NCBI RefSeq assembly: GCF_021869535.1
Contig: NW_026262690.1
Location: 83,080,001 to 83,144,000, forward strand
DNA: 64,000 nucleotides
Source: Mytilus californianus
Taxonomy: Eukaryota
Direction of reading: 5' to 3'
Both the position numbers and the translations under genes were made by a program. The first letter of the stretch is position 1. The number at the start of each line of letters is the position of its first letter. Positions 35,211 to 48,300 of the stretch are shown here, one piece after another. The notes beneath the pieces were generated by a model. That model did not search any database, was not told the origin of the DNA, and was given only the letters and a program-made list of their open reading frames with translations.

Positions 35211-38200
35211 ATTCGATGTGAATTATGAATGAAATTTTAGGATTATTTTAATAATTGAAGGTCGCAGGTGAGACATCGTATCAAAAGTTCATGTCTTCGA
35301 TAACATACTTTCGACAGGTGGAATTGATATGGGATCCTTCAACCCTTACTTATCTTTCACAAAGAAATTTATGTGAAAAAAATGAAGCATTTTTCATGTC
35401 ACAAAATCATGAAATCGGCTATCAAATTTAATTTCCTGCGTTCACTGTTCACTAAAACTACTTAGTTTTGACAAGAGTTGTGTTATCTGGGAACATAATG
35501 TCAATATATTCTCTAAAAGGAAATTGTGTATTTTAGTTTTTTTTAATGAACCAAGAATTTTTACGGCAAATAAAAATAAAATTATATAAAAATAGGTAGA
35601 GATGCAATTTTTTCGCTCGCAATCTGAAATCGTTTCCACAAGCTATACAGACATCAACGGCAAAACCACGAGCACGGTCTCCAGCGCCTTAGACCAATCG
35701 GCAAAAAGGGCTAGTAAAATATATATAACAAAAGATAAGGCTTATTGCTTGCATCGGAAAGTAGCATGTGGAGATCTCATATAAGTGGCATAAGAACTGT
35801 TAATACCAAATTTTATTTATATGGTTGGATTGGAAACCAAGTTTTATTTTCTTCAAAAGAATTTCAGCCAAGGTCAATTACAAATGCAAAGAAATTAATA
35901 ACATCATTATTCCATTTGAATCTTCAGTAACAACTATACCATTATCATTTTTAATATGTATTGCATAACGCTTACACCAAATTTCATTGTGTTTGTTTTA
36001 AATGCTTAAACATTGCCGTCATGCAAAACGCCAAATCCTAGTTTAAATACAATCTAATGATAATTATTAATTTTGTGGAATGATTGACTACTTATCCAAT
36101 AGATGTATTTTATATCTTTGTGTTATTTCCTTGAAGTTAGGGAACTAATGGAACTACGATATCAACTGCTGACTTGAAATTTCTAGCTATACAAATTTTA
36201 ATTTTCTAGAATGCTGTTCGGGAATATGCCTTATTCTATGCAACTTACTAGTATATGAAAGAATTGTATGATAAAGATGTTAGGTAATTTTTTAGTCTGG
36301 TTAAGGAAATGCTTGTGTTTTGAAATTCCATCTTTTATCGTTTGACAACTACATTCTAGTATATAAGATAAAGAGCAAAATCAATGATTTGAATGATATC
36401 GTCGTAAAATCTATGCAAAAACAAAACAAAGTTAAGAGAGAACAAATGAAGGTACAACAATGAAAGAGTAAAGCACTTGCAAAGCCACTGCTACTTGCCA
36501 CGATCAATGGCGGATCCAGGATAGGACGTAGAAGGCGTACCCACCACTCTGATCGCCAAAAAAATCAAATCTAATGTTTCTCACGATTTATATGATTTTT
36601 TATCATAAAATCGTCCAAAATTGTTACGCCTTGCTCCGCTCGCCATTCGCTCTTCCATATTCGGGAATTACGCCCCCTTTCAAAAATTCTGGATCCTACC
36701 CTGCCAATGTTGATGTAGGTGATGCTTCTTAAATTGAGCAACAATCTTAGTGGCTCAAATCTTTATTAATGCAAAAGCTAGTGACTGGTGCTGCTCCTAT
36801 GTTCTAGTGTCTCAACAAGATAACGCTGTTTGTAACTGATCTCAGACAAGTTAATTCGGTTTCAATATAAGATTTTATCTTTTCCTAGGATTGACCATTC
36901 CATTGATAAGATTCAGTATGTAAAATCTCATCAAATTTCGTTTATTAACAAGTCACTTGCAGGTGACCTTGACAAAGGATATTTTTTGTAACGACAGTAT
37001 ATTTTAACTCATGCCCTTTGTAATGAAAAAATGATTTTTTTTTTAAAAGATGTAACAATACTATTTAAGACTTTTGTTGAAACGCCTCTTGCAAAATTCA
37101 CTATTATCTTTCCCAAAGTGATTATATTGTCAGGCCAATGTTGAAACTAAGGTTTCAACTCCCTCAGACAAAGTTGACCTAAGATGGATTTGACAATTAT
37201 GTTTATGCCCCTTTTGGTAAAATAGCTATTTACGTCTTTCATTGCTAAAACATCATTCATTGGCTATCAACGTTTCGGCTTTGAGTGTTACTGATGAAGG
37301 TTAAAGCTGAAAAGTACTTCGGACTCACAAAATTTATCAAGTGTTATTTTAATTTTTGAGGCTAAAACAAGGTTTTGCGTCTGTCCCAAATAAAGGCAAC
37401 AGTAGTATACCGGTGTTCAAAAGTCATAAATCCCGAAGTCAGGAGTCTCTGGCCTTTGTTAGTCTTGTATGTTTTTAATTTTAGTTCATTTATATGTTTC
37501 GGAGTTTAGTGTGATGTTCATTTTCACTGAACTAGTACACATTTTTTTAGGGGGCCAGCTGAAGCCCGCCTCCGGGTGCGGGATTTTCTCGCTGTGTTGA
37601 AGACCCACTGGTGGCCTTGGGCTGTTTTCTGCTCTTTGGTCGGGTTGTTGTCTCTTTGACACATTACCCATTTCCATTCTCAATTTTATTATTGTGGTAT
37701 CATTATAGATAAAATAGATGCACTTGTGGGATTTTATCATTATCTTGAAAAACAAGATTATGAAACCTCTAGGCATTGCTTAAAATCTGCAGGAAATTAA
37801 CCAATTACATTAAATCACTTTGAGGACAATCGTAGGAAATACTCACTTCAGACTCAGAGAAGCAAATCAATTAAATTTGATAAATGCATATCAAGGGCAA
37901 AACTAATGTAATTTCTAATCTAAATCCTTTTGTAATATTCGAAGTGCAAATATACTTGTACATTCTATATGCATAGTCGGTGAAATTAAAATCTAGATAG
38001 ACATACACTTGTCGTTCATCTGACAAAATATACTAGTATACACATTTATTGAAATAAATAGGCCTTTTTATTATCACAAGTTTTGTCAGTCAGTTAACAT
38101 CTGTCTGATTTATATACTTTTCGTGTTCTATATGTTACAGACGTAGCTAGAATAGCTAAGTTCTTGTTGACAATATAAGCTAATGACGAACATCTCGTTA

Positions 38201-38499
38201 CATTACGTTCAACTTTTTCCAGTTATTCTGGCATATCAGTGAAAAGCTATGATAAATACATGTCTAGCTTTATATGAGAATTAAGGAGATGAAAGGCTGA
38301 AAGAATCTTACTGGTGTGATATATCCACATTCATGTTCCGGCTTAGCGCGTCGGTCTATCACAAATCAGGTTTCATATTCATATCACTTAAACATGTTCC
38401 GGTCCTGAATATGCATGTAATAGTTGCCACTGGACGTTAAGCAGTGATTCATTATTTATATATACATGTATATAGGATACTACTTTATGCTAATAAAAT

Positions 38500-39420
38500 C
38501 TTAATTGTGCTGTTACACAACTGTCCCAGATTAGGGAGAGGGTTGAGTCGCTAACATATTTAACCACGCAACATAATGTATGCGCATGTCCCAAGTCATG
38601 AGTCTATAATTCAGTGGTTGTCGTTGGTCACTTTCTATCATATTTGTATTGTGTTTACTGTTTTGTACATAAATTAGGCCGTTTTTTCATTTGAATTGTT
38701 TTATATTTTGTCATACCGGGGACATTTACATAAGTGGGAGGTTTAGCTAGTTATACAACCAGGTTTAAACCACCATTTTCTTTGGAAAATGTCTGTACCA
38801 AGTCAGGAATATGGCAGCGATTTTCCATTCGTTTCGTTGATTGATAAAGTCTAACGTTTGATTTTGCCAGTTTTTTTATGGACTTCCCCTTTTTTAATTT
38901 AGCTTAGAGTTCGGTACTTTGTTATACCTTTTATAGCTTACTGTACGGTATGGACCTATAGTTTCTTACACCTACGTCATTTGGTCGCTGGTGGATAATT
39001 GTCTCACAGACAATCATTCCACATCTTCTTATGTTTATACTGAACACATTTTCAAAGACATTGATGAGAATTAGGAATAAAAATGTCCTACACATCAAGA
39101 TATAGATATAAGAAGATGTGGTATGAGTGCCAATGAGACAACTCTCAATCCAAGTCAAAATTTATAAAAGTAAACCATTATAGGTCAAAGGACGGTCTTC
39201 AACACGGAGCCTTGGCTCACACCGAACAGCAAGCTATAAAGGGCCCCGGCCAAAAATTACTAGTGTAAAACCATTCAAACGGGAAAACCAACGGTCTAAT
39301 CTATATAAAAAACGAGAAACGAGAAATACTTATGAACCACATCAACAAACGACAACTAATGAACATCAGATTCCTGACTTAGGACAGGTGCAAACAATTG
39401 CAGCGGGTTTAAAAGTTTTA
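38500..39420. repeat. Nest of abundant interspersed repeats (the agatgtggtatgattgccaatgagacaactc family and others)
   Basis: The same motifs recur at 12000-12250, 32040-32240, 33940-34000, 37400-37690, 52125-52800 and 59700-60300. Confidence 0.7.
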
Positions 39421-40375
39421 ATGGTACCAAACCTTCACCCTTATATGTTCTTATAGTAAATGTCGATATATTATAGCTGATTTTGAAAAAGAAATCTCTA
39501 CAAACAATCCTGATTGGAAAAAACTGGCGCTTGGACAGCATGGTCCTGACTTGATACAGCCCCCTTTCAAATCAAATGAAACATGTGGGTAGCACAAGAT
39601 TTTATTGCACGCCAAACCTCCTACTTGCGTAATATTCTGTTTAGTTCTAATTATTCCTGTATCATTGATTGTCATTAATGGAGTATATATAGCTGTGTAT
39701 TCCCACAGCCAAAAGATCATGGGTGTGTATTTATACACCCTTCATAGCCAAATGAATAATTTTCAACAATAGTAGATGCAAGGACTTTGTGCGTCAAGAA
39801 AGCAAGTCATACGCATACTCGTGCATTTAATTTCGACTTTCCATATTAGTTAGAACGTGGCTGTGTATTTATACATCCTGTATAGCCAAATGAATAAAGT
39901 ACAATAGTAGCTGAAAGGGATTTGTGTGTGCGTCAAGAGAAAGTCATACACATACACATATATTTAATGTTAACGTTCCCAATTAGTTCGAAAGTGACTG
40001 TTCTGCCCGATATGTATCCACCATCATAAAACTCAAGGAGAAAAAAACTCAACGAAAACAAAAGTAACTATAAGTTCTTAAGAAGACTGCATGTAAGATA
40101 TACATCGAAATAAAGAGAATCAATAAAATGAATATTTATTTAAGAGGTCATAAAATGCATGGAAGAACTCAAAGGGCTCAAAATATCTAAGAATGATTGG
40201 ATACATGTTTTTGCCAGAACAAAAATGTATCGGAAAGGAATCCATGTATTTGAGAACAAACGATACTTGTATACTCTTGCAATGATCTATTCTAAGGTTT
40301 CGACGTTCGTAGAAAAAAATGTTTTAATTCTGAAAACAAATTATATCTATCCTTTTGTTTGTTCGACAACTTTCT

Positions 40376-43300
40376 TTATTTTACTTTTTCACCGTCTCCG
40401 TGACCAACGATAGGATTATCGTTCTTGCCTGTTCCACCATCGCTCCCAGCGACTTGTTTCATCATTTCATTGGGACTGAAATGCATGTTAACTTTGTTTA
40501 CTGCATTTGGATCAAAACTGACTCCCGATATCAAACCCTTCATGTTACCGATCATAGCTGAAGGGTTAAACATCATATTTGTTTGACTTTTGTCTGACGT
40601 GCCACCATTTTCTGTCGTATTTTTGTTCGTATTCATCATTGCGTTTGGATTAAACAACATGCCAGATTTCATTTTACTAGGATCAAATACACCACTTTTA
40701 TCTTTTCCTCCAGACAGAAGACCAGGAATAAATCCAGAACCTGTACTATTTCCTTCACTTGAGTTGCCTTGCAGAAAAGGTGGAATAAAATTTACATGAA
40801 TATCATTTACTTTATTTGGATCAAATGTATAACTTTCGGCTGTTTTCTTGTCATAGCCAGCATTAGATTCCAACATTTCAGATGGATTAAAGTTCATTCT
40901 CTCTTTATTAACCGCGTTTGGATTAAAATATGCTTTATTTACTTCTGTTGGGTCAAATTGCCCACCAAACCCAGAATTCATACCATTTTGCGTACTATTT
41001 CTCGAATTTCCCAAAATCCCCATGTTAACCTGGTTAGCGTCAAAATTTCCTAAGAATTGTGAATTATCAAATTGTCCTGTTGACATGTTATTCATATTTG
41101 TCTGAGCCTTGTCGAATGGGTTGATATATGAGTTTTGATTTACTTTATTTGGATCATAAAATGTATTGTAGTTCGTGGACGTTGGTCCACTTGAACCGTC
41201 CATTCCCATTTGCTGATTGGTATTGAAACTCATTTTTGCTTGGTTAACTGACGAAGGATTGAAATTATAAGCCATCCCAAAACTATTCGACGTCTGAGTC
41301 GCTGTGTTATTGTTGACATTTGATGATCCTGTATTCTGAATATTATTCATTACGAAAGCCTGCTGATTAACCATGTTAGGGTTATACATTCCTTTGTTTA
41401 CCATCATTTGTAATGTTTGACCATCTCCTGTCAAAGATCCTGGAACAAATCCATTTTGAAGGCTGTTTGACTGAGCAGGCATTAATTTACTGGGTTCACT
41501 ATGGTTTTCATGCATATCAGTTGAAGTTGTAGGCACTAAAGTAGTCCCTTGAGTTGTAGTATCCATAGTGACAGTAATTTTTGTCTGTGATTGGCTAGTC
41601 GGTGCAAGTGTAGTTTGATTTGTTTGGTTTCCTATGTTAACTGAATGATCATGCTCTACTGGTAAATCGGATAACATATCAACAAAGGCATATCGCTGAT
41701 TGATGCTTATCTTACTTTCCTCTGGTTTATCTACAAAGCTGTTTTCATATTCCGAAAAGTGATTCTCAATCCGGTCTATATCTGGTTTAAAGCCAGGAAA
41801 AAGTAAGCCAGGTATAAATTGTGAATTCTTTTTGGATGACGGTTGCGGTACAATTTTGGACTGCAATGCAGCTGATGTGTTTTCAGTGTTTGAATTTGGG
41901 TCATCTGAATTTTTGGCACTGCTCATCAACTTTTTGTTTAAAGTGTCGGCATTGAATAAAATATGACGTACTGGTGGTAATGGAGTATTCATATCTTCAA
42001 CTGGGAACATTTGTCCGGGTTTAAACTTTCCATAATAGTTGTTAAGTTTATCAGGATCATATGAAAGTTTGTTACTTATATGTGGTGTCTCTTTATGAAC
42101 AGAAAGCAAAAGTGCATCTGGCTGAAAATTCATTTTTACGTTGTTGAATGAATCAGGATTAAAGTTGATAGATGTTTGTCCACGCATGGGATTAAACATG
42201 CCTGGACTGTTTTTTGCATTCGTTTGAATACTGTTCTGTTGGTTAGGTGCCCAATTTTGCGGAGAAGCATTCTGTTTTGCCATATATTTTCCAGTACCTA
42301 GCGAGGAAGAAGAGGAGCTCATCATTTCTTGCATCAGTGCATCAGGGTCAAACAATTTCGCTTTGTTATCGTCATGAACAGAACTAGATGGCTGTTGTAT
42401 TGAAGACGTTCGAGGGAAGCTCAGTCCACCCATTCCTGATGTCATCATGAATAGAGGGCTTACTTGTTGCTGAGTATTAAACTTTCCAGCATTGCTCATT
42501 TGCTGTGGAGTTTGTGGTGTACTTAATATGTTGTTATCAGTTTCAGTAGAAATAGAACCTTTGAGGAGTTTGTTCAGCATTGGCATAATACTTCCGGTTT
42601 TTTGTTCATAGTTTGAAATTGTTTTCATTGTTGGTTTCAATGGTTCTCCTGTATAATATTGCTTCTTTGGAACATTGTTTTGTTGTTGTGGTTGTCGGTG
42701 GATGATGGCGTTGGTATTGATGTTGAGAGGTGCATTACTTCCAAGATGTACTCCGAGAATTTTTAGCAATTGGAGTGCTGACATACCAGATAGTTGATTA
42801 AGCGTTGATGCAAGATTACCGTGATTTGGGACAGAAGGGGCAACTTTTTCTTGTGACGAGAGTAAATGTTTCTCAAGTTGTTCTGATTTATTGTTAATTG
42901 GATGTTTTTGAAGAGCTTGATGATCTGTCTTTTTGTATATGTTTTTTTCTGGTATAATTCCAAAAGTTTTAGTGAAGTTATCATCTGTCTGGACATTTTG
43001 AAGACCTGGTAGTGACACACAAAAACACCCTGAAAAGAAAATTTAGTTGACGTAAAGTGTCTTTCCAATAATTACAGGTATTAATGTTAGGAACTATTTT
43101 TAAAGTAAGAAATTTCAATAAAAATGGCAAGCAATTTAATGAAAAGACGTGTGACATCTGATGTTTAAGAGCACGAAGGCATCTGTTCCTGTTGTTTAAT
43201 TAATTATTTGGGCAGCTTCTGAATTTAGTTTAAATGCCTAAATATTAGTTGTCCATAACGCAATTGTAATTGTTGAGATACACTAAAATGTTGTCTTTGG

Positions 43301-44338
43301 ATAGTAGTTTTTGGTCTATTTTAAATTTGTCTTTTTGCTGTACAATCAATGAGTTATCCCACACGTTTACTTCGTTGTTTTTATATATACATCTTACAAA
43401 TACTGATAATTTTTTGAAAGACGTTTATGAAGTTCAGTCGACTATGCAATATGAATATATATTTAAATAAAATCGTCATAGATACCAGGCTTAAAATTTT
43501 GTACACCAGACGCGGGTTTTGTATGAAACTCACCAGAGACACTCGAATCAAAAAAGTTAAAAGGGCCAAATAAAGTAAGAAGTTGAAGAGCACAGAGGAC
43601 CCAAAAAATCGATGTAGACCTTATCATATGTCTGCATTAATTCAAGTGCCTGTGGTTTAATGATTATTTGATAGTTGTTGTTTTACGCTCCCGGAGAAGC
43701 ACGAAAGAACAATATTGATGACATCAACTTATGATGAAATGATAGGACACAAAACGGAAATGAGTTTCGACAGCAGCATGAAATATATGTACAGTGAGCA
43801 ATTCAGTCGTTATCGTAAGTTGCTGTCTGTCATATTTGTTTTTCGTGTATTGTGTTGTCGTACCACATCTTCTTATTTTAAAAGGGTAAAAACATTCGGC
43901 ATTGGCTTCTTCAAACGGATGATGCTAGATGCAATACTAGGAAAGCGACATTATACCAACACTGGTTAAGCATTGGAAACATCTAGCACAATTGCGAACA
44001 CCCTTACAAGGGGAGAGTCTCACAACTCATTGAAGAGTGTACCCGGAAACAATACATATACGGAAAATATAAATCGTTATAAAAGCGAAAAACAAGTATC
44101 GTTCAAATAAAGTACAATTGCTTAACTAATAATATTAAAATGATCTTAACGTGGTAAATTGAGTTTTGTGTTTTTACGAAAACTAAATTTAAGTTATTAT
44201 ACAACAATATAAATGAAAGATGTTTTAGAAATTCATGAAAAGACAACAGAAGTTTTATCAAATCATCTTGTGTTAAAAAAGAAACTTGAAATACACACCT
44301 GATATCAGAAATCCAACTAAGATGGTAAAAAATGTCAT
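40376..44338 (-). CDS. Gene C: large secreted Asn/Ser/Met/Gln-rich protein with ~25 [FY]x-P motifs (897 aa model)
   Basis: Exon 1 44338-44299 (MTFFTILVGFLIS, G|GTGTGT) plus exon 2 43029-40376 (acceptor ttttcttttcag) completes the signal peptide ...ISGCFCVS-LP and runs through the 880-aa ORF. Confidence 0.88.
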
Positions 44339-45306
44339 TTTCTCACTTTTGTCTTGAACTTTGTTCCGCCATGTAGAGGTCTGGGCACCTGTCGTTGGAT
44401 AAAACCATCACTATCTTGTACCTTCGTCATTGTATCGTAAACATGACCAGGTAGCATGGATATTACTATTAATTACTGATTAAAAAGATTACAAAAGTAT
44501 AAAAAATCAACAAATAAACAGCGAAACAAACTATTCATTTCTATTCGACTTATTTTTTTATGAATTAATATTAGAAATATAGTATCATAGCACTGCAATT
44601 TTGACGAGTTTGTATCAAATTTCAATTCGAAACTTCCGAATTTAAGATTTAATCCTACAAAAATAATTCAAAAGGAAGGAGGGTGTGACCTTTAGTTGAA
44701 TAACTGTATTTGCTGTTCATGCAATGCTGCAATTAAAAAAAAAATCATTGGTTAAATTGGTTTTAGACCGTAGAGTGAACTATGCATACTTGTTGGCATC
44801 CTCGTCATTTGGTCTCTAGTGGGTAGTTGTATCATTGGCAATCAAGCTACATCTCCTTATTATATATTTAAAAATTCTTCATCGTCTTGTCCTCCCATTA
44901 GTTATATGATTTACGTATTGTTTAAGGCATGTAGATCGGGTAAGTAAGGTCTGTTTCTTTGAAGATTTTATTTTCTTTTTCGTCTAGTGCTGTCATCTTT
45001 GTAACCGCCTCCACATTTTAGGTTTTCAAATAATCATACAATTGTTTTCCTTAAACTAACGGGTCACATTTGAAAAAATGAATTTTATGTAAATATCATA
45101 AGCCACAAAAAGAACTTTCATACATTTTGACCTTGTATGTGACCTTAAATGAAAACAATTTTGCCCTTGTGAGTCCCCTTTAACAAAAAAAAAATCCACA
45201 AAAAAAGAATAACCAATACTCAATAAACAAAAACAAAAACTTACAAAACATACAAATAAAATATACAATGAATAAAATATTACATTTATTAGTTTCATAT
45301 TTACTG

Positions 45307-48300
45307 TTATTTGGTCTACATTTTATAGTTTTTCATCATACAGCTTGTAGAAAATAAATATACACTCCATATGGTTAATGTGATTGGAAAAAATGAATTG
45401 TTAAAAGGTTCACAGCCTGATGTAAATGTTTCTTTTCACTGTTATGAAATTAAAACTAATATGCTTAAATCTTATTTATTACATGCATAATGAATGAAAT
45501 CTTAATAAATACATTATTTTATTTAAGATACTAATACTAGTATTGTCGGCCTTGATTTTAAATCTAATAGAAAGAGCTAGCCGTTGATGGTTATGTGTAG
45601 GTTGTGACCGTTCCGAAATGCGGTACGGGGTCCAGGTTGCTTTCTCAAGTAGAGGATTAACAGAAATAAGCAAATTGGATGCAAAAATGGAATTTAACTA
45701 TGAAACTTTTATCTAAATGAAAAAAGAAAATTATTTTATCTCATAATATCAACCTTTTTTTTTACAAAAACAGAGAACGATTTTAACGAATTTAAATTTA
45801 TGATGTAGCGAGAAAACTAGGAAGGTGTCCCTAATACTTCTTTTTATATTATGAATGCACGTTTTAAAGGCCAATCACCTCATTTTTGTTAAATTCTATC
45901 GTTTAGTTTTGTTTTTTTTTCTCACACAAAATTGCCTTATAATCCTAACAAAATCTGACGATTTGAAAAAAAAAAAAGCTCCGATGTTAATAATTTTATT
46001 TTATTTCGAGCGATATTCCTATGTATTAAACTTCTGTGTATATTTGACAGTTCCAAAAAATTAATAAAAATACCGACCTCCAAGGTAAATTCAAAAGAGG
46101 GAAGTCAATAAAACCTGACAAAATCAAACGCTCGACTATATCAACCAACGGAACGAAAGGAAAACAACTATCATATTTATGAATTAATACAGGCATCTTC
46201 AGAAAAAATTAGTGGGTTTAATCTGGTTTTATAGCTAGCCCAACTCTCTGGGATGACAGTTGTTTATAGATCCGTTATATTAACAAAACAAAAAACCCAA
46301 CTAGAAATACTTAGTGAACCTGACAATAATTGGGATCCAACAGCTAAAACTGTGAAGACATACAACACGACAGACTTAAAAGTTGAACAAACATACAAAT
46401 AAAACTGACAAAGACGCCAACAAAATAATATACTAGTACACTTTCCCGATAAATTGCAAATTAGATAAAATATTGATAAAAGGGTATGCAAAATGGAAAC
46501 AACATTATAAAAACCTCAAGCGTCCGAATCGTACCTCTAGACCCACTTGCATCAGGAACGCCCAAAGCCAAAAACCGGAAAGCTGGATGCACGATTACCG
46601 AGCCACGCCAAGATTCATACGACCAAAAGGAAAACATACCAAACGGTATTTTGTGCTGATGTCAAAAAAGCATTTGTATTAGCAATACTAAAGAAAAAAC
46701 ATAATTCATTCTACGTTGAATTAATTTGATTTTGTCTCATTGACAAAATTTAAATATTTTTTTAGTTAATTTGTTTTGTTTTTTTTTGGGGGGGGGGGGG
46801 GGGGGGGCGAGGGAACTGAGGTCTCGGATCTAGGTTTTATGTTGATTATAATTCCATTACCACATCAGATTTGATTCACTTGTGTCATCCTTGTTTAACA
46901 TCAAAATAATATAACCTTTCGCTACAAAATTAATAAAACTACAATTAATATAGGAAGTGTGAAAAAATAAGCAAATCAGAAGTTTCTAACACAGCTAAAT
47001 TAAAAAATGTCAGTATGTGATCATCAGAGTATAGGGATGATACCAGACCGTCCGTTCATCAGTTCATTTTATACTGCAACTATATGTCATGTACCTCTTT
47101 TCAAAATGTTACAATTAATGATATTTTTTGTCAGTGGCATACCAAATTATGACAAAGAAAATTCAGGGCTTTCAGTTTTCCTTGCATGTCTCAAAATAAA
47201 CTCCTGCAAAAAAATAAGACAAAAAAAAAACCACGGTGAATCGAAGAAAGACAAACAACATCATGGCAAAAGAAAAAGACGAAAAGACAAACAACAGTCC
47301 ATCCTTCCTTAAAACAATTCACAGAAATCTAAGACTAAGCAACAAGAACATCATAAAAACCAAAAGGTTGAACTCAAGGACACCGGGTTGAGAAACAGTT
47401 TCTAAATATCATATTAAAAAAATCAAAAGCTTAAACACGGGTAGAATTTAGAACTATAATGATTGCATACATAATTCTTGACGTCACTGTTTGAACTGTG
47501 GAAGGTTCATGAACAGTTACAAATGCTTCCATTCATTGTCATGAGATAAAAAAATAACATGCTTAAATTCTTATGTATAACAATTATTTGGTCTACATTT
47601 TATAGTTTTCCATCATTCAGCTTGTAGAAAATAAAGATACACCCCATAGGGTTTATGTGATTGGTAAAAACGCACTGTTAAAAGGTTCGCAGCCTGATGT
47701 AAATGTTTCTTTTCACTGTTATGAAATTAAAACTAATATGCTTAAATCTTATTTATTACATGCATAATGAATGAAATCTTAATAAATAAATTATTCTATT
47801 TAAGATATTAATCTCGTCCGCCTTGATTTTAAATCTAATAGAAAGAGCTAGCCATTGATGGTTTTGTGTATATTTTGTCCGTTGCGAAATGCAGTACGGG
47901 GTCCAGGTTGTTCTCTAAAGTAGAGGATTGACAGCAGCCTGGGAAAATTAGAAAAAAAGTATGTTTTCCTCCTTTTTTTTTTTTTTGCTATTTAATTTAA
48001 GGAAGATCGGGGTCTAAATTAATTTTGGATTGGAAATAGCTGCAAATGATCGATTTAGATTTTTTACAAAATAAGCAAATTGGATGCAGAAATGAATTTA
48101 TCTATGAAACTTTTATTTAAATGAAAAAAGAAAACGATTTTATCTTGTGATATCAACTTTTTTTTTAAACAAAAAACAGAGAACGATTTCAACAATTTTA
48201 AATTTATAATGTAGCGAGAAAACTACAAAGGTGACCCAAATACTTCTTTTTATATTATGAATGCACGTTTTTAAGACCTATCATCTCAGTTTTTTAATTC

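Noticed and set aside
37280-37330. ctgatgaaggtt...gaaa hammerhead-like remnant (also ~29030-29070 and ~28720-28760)
   Set aside because: The stems cannot be formed, so these are too degenerate to call as ribozymes.
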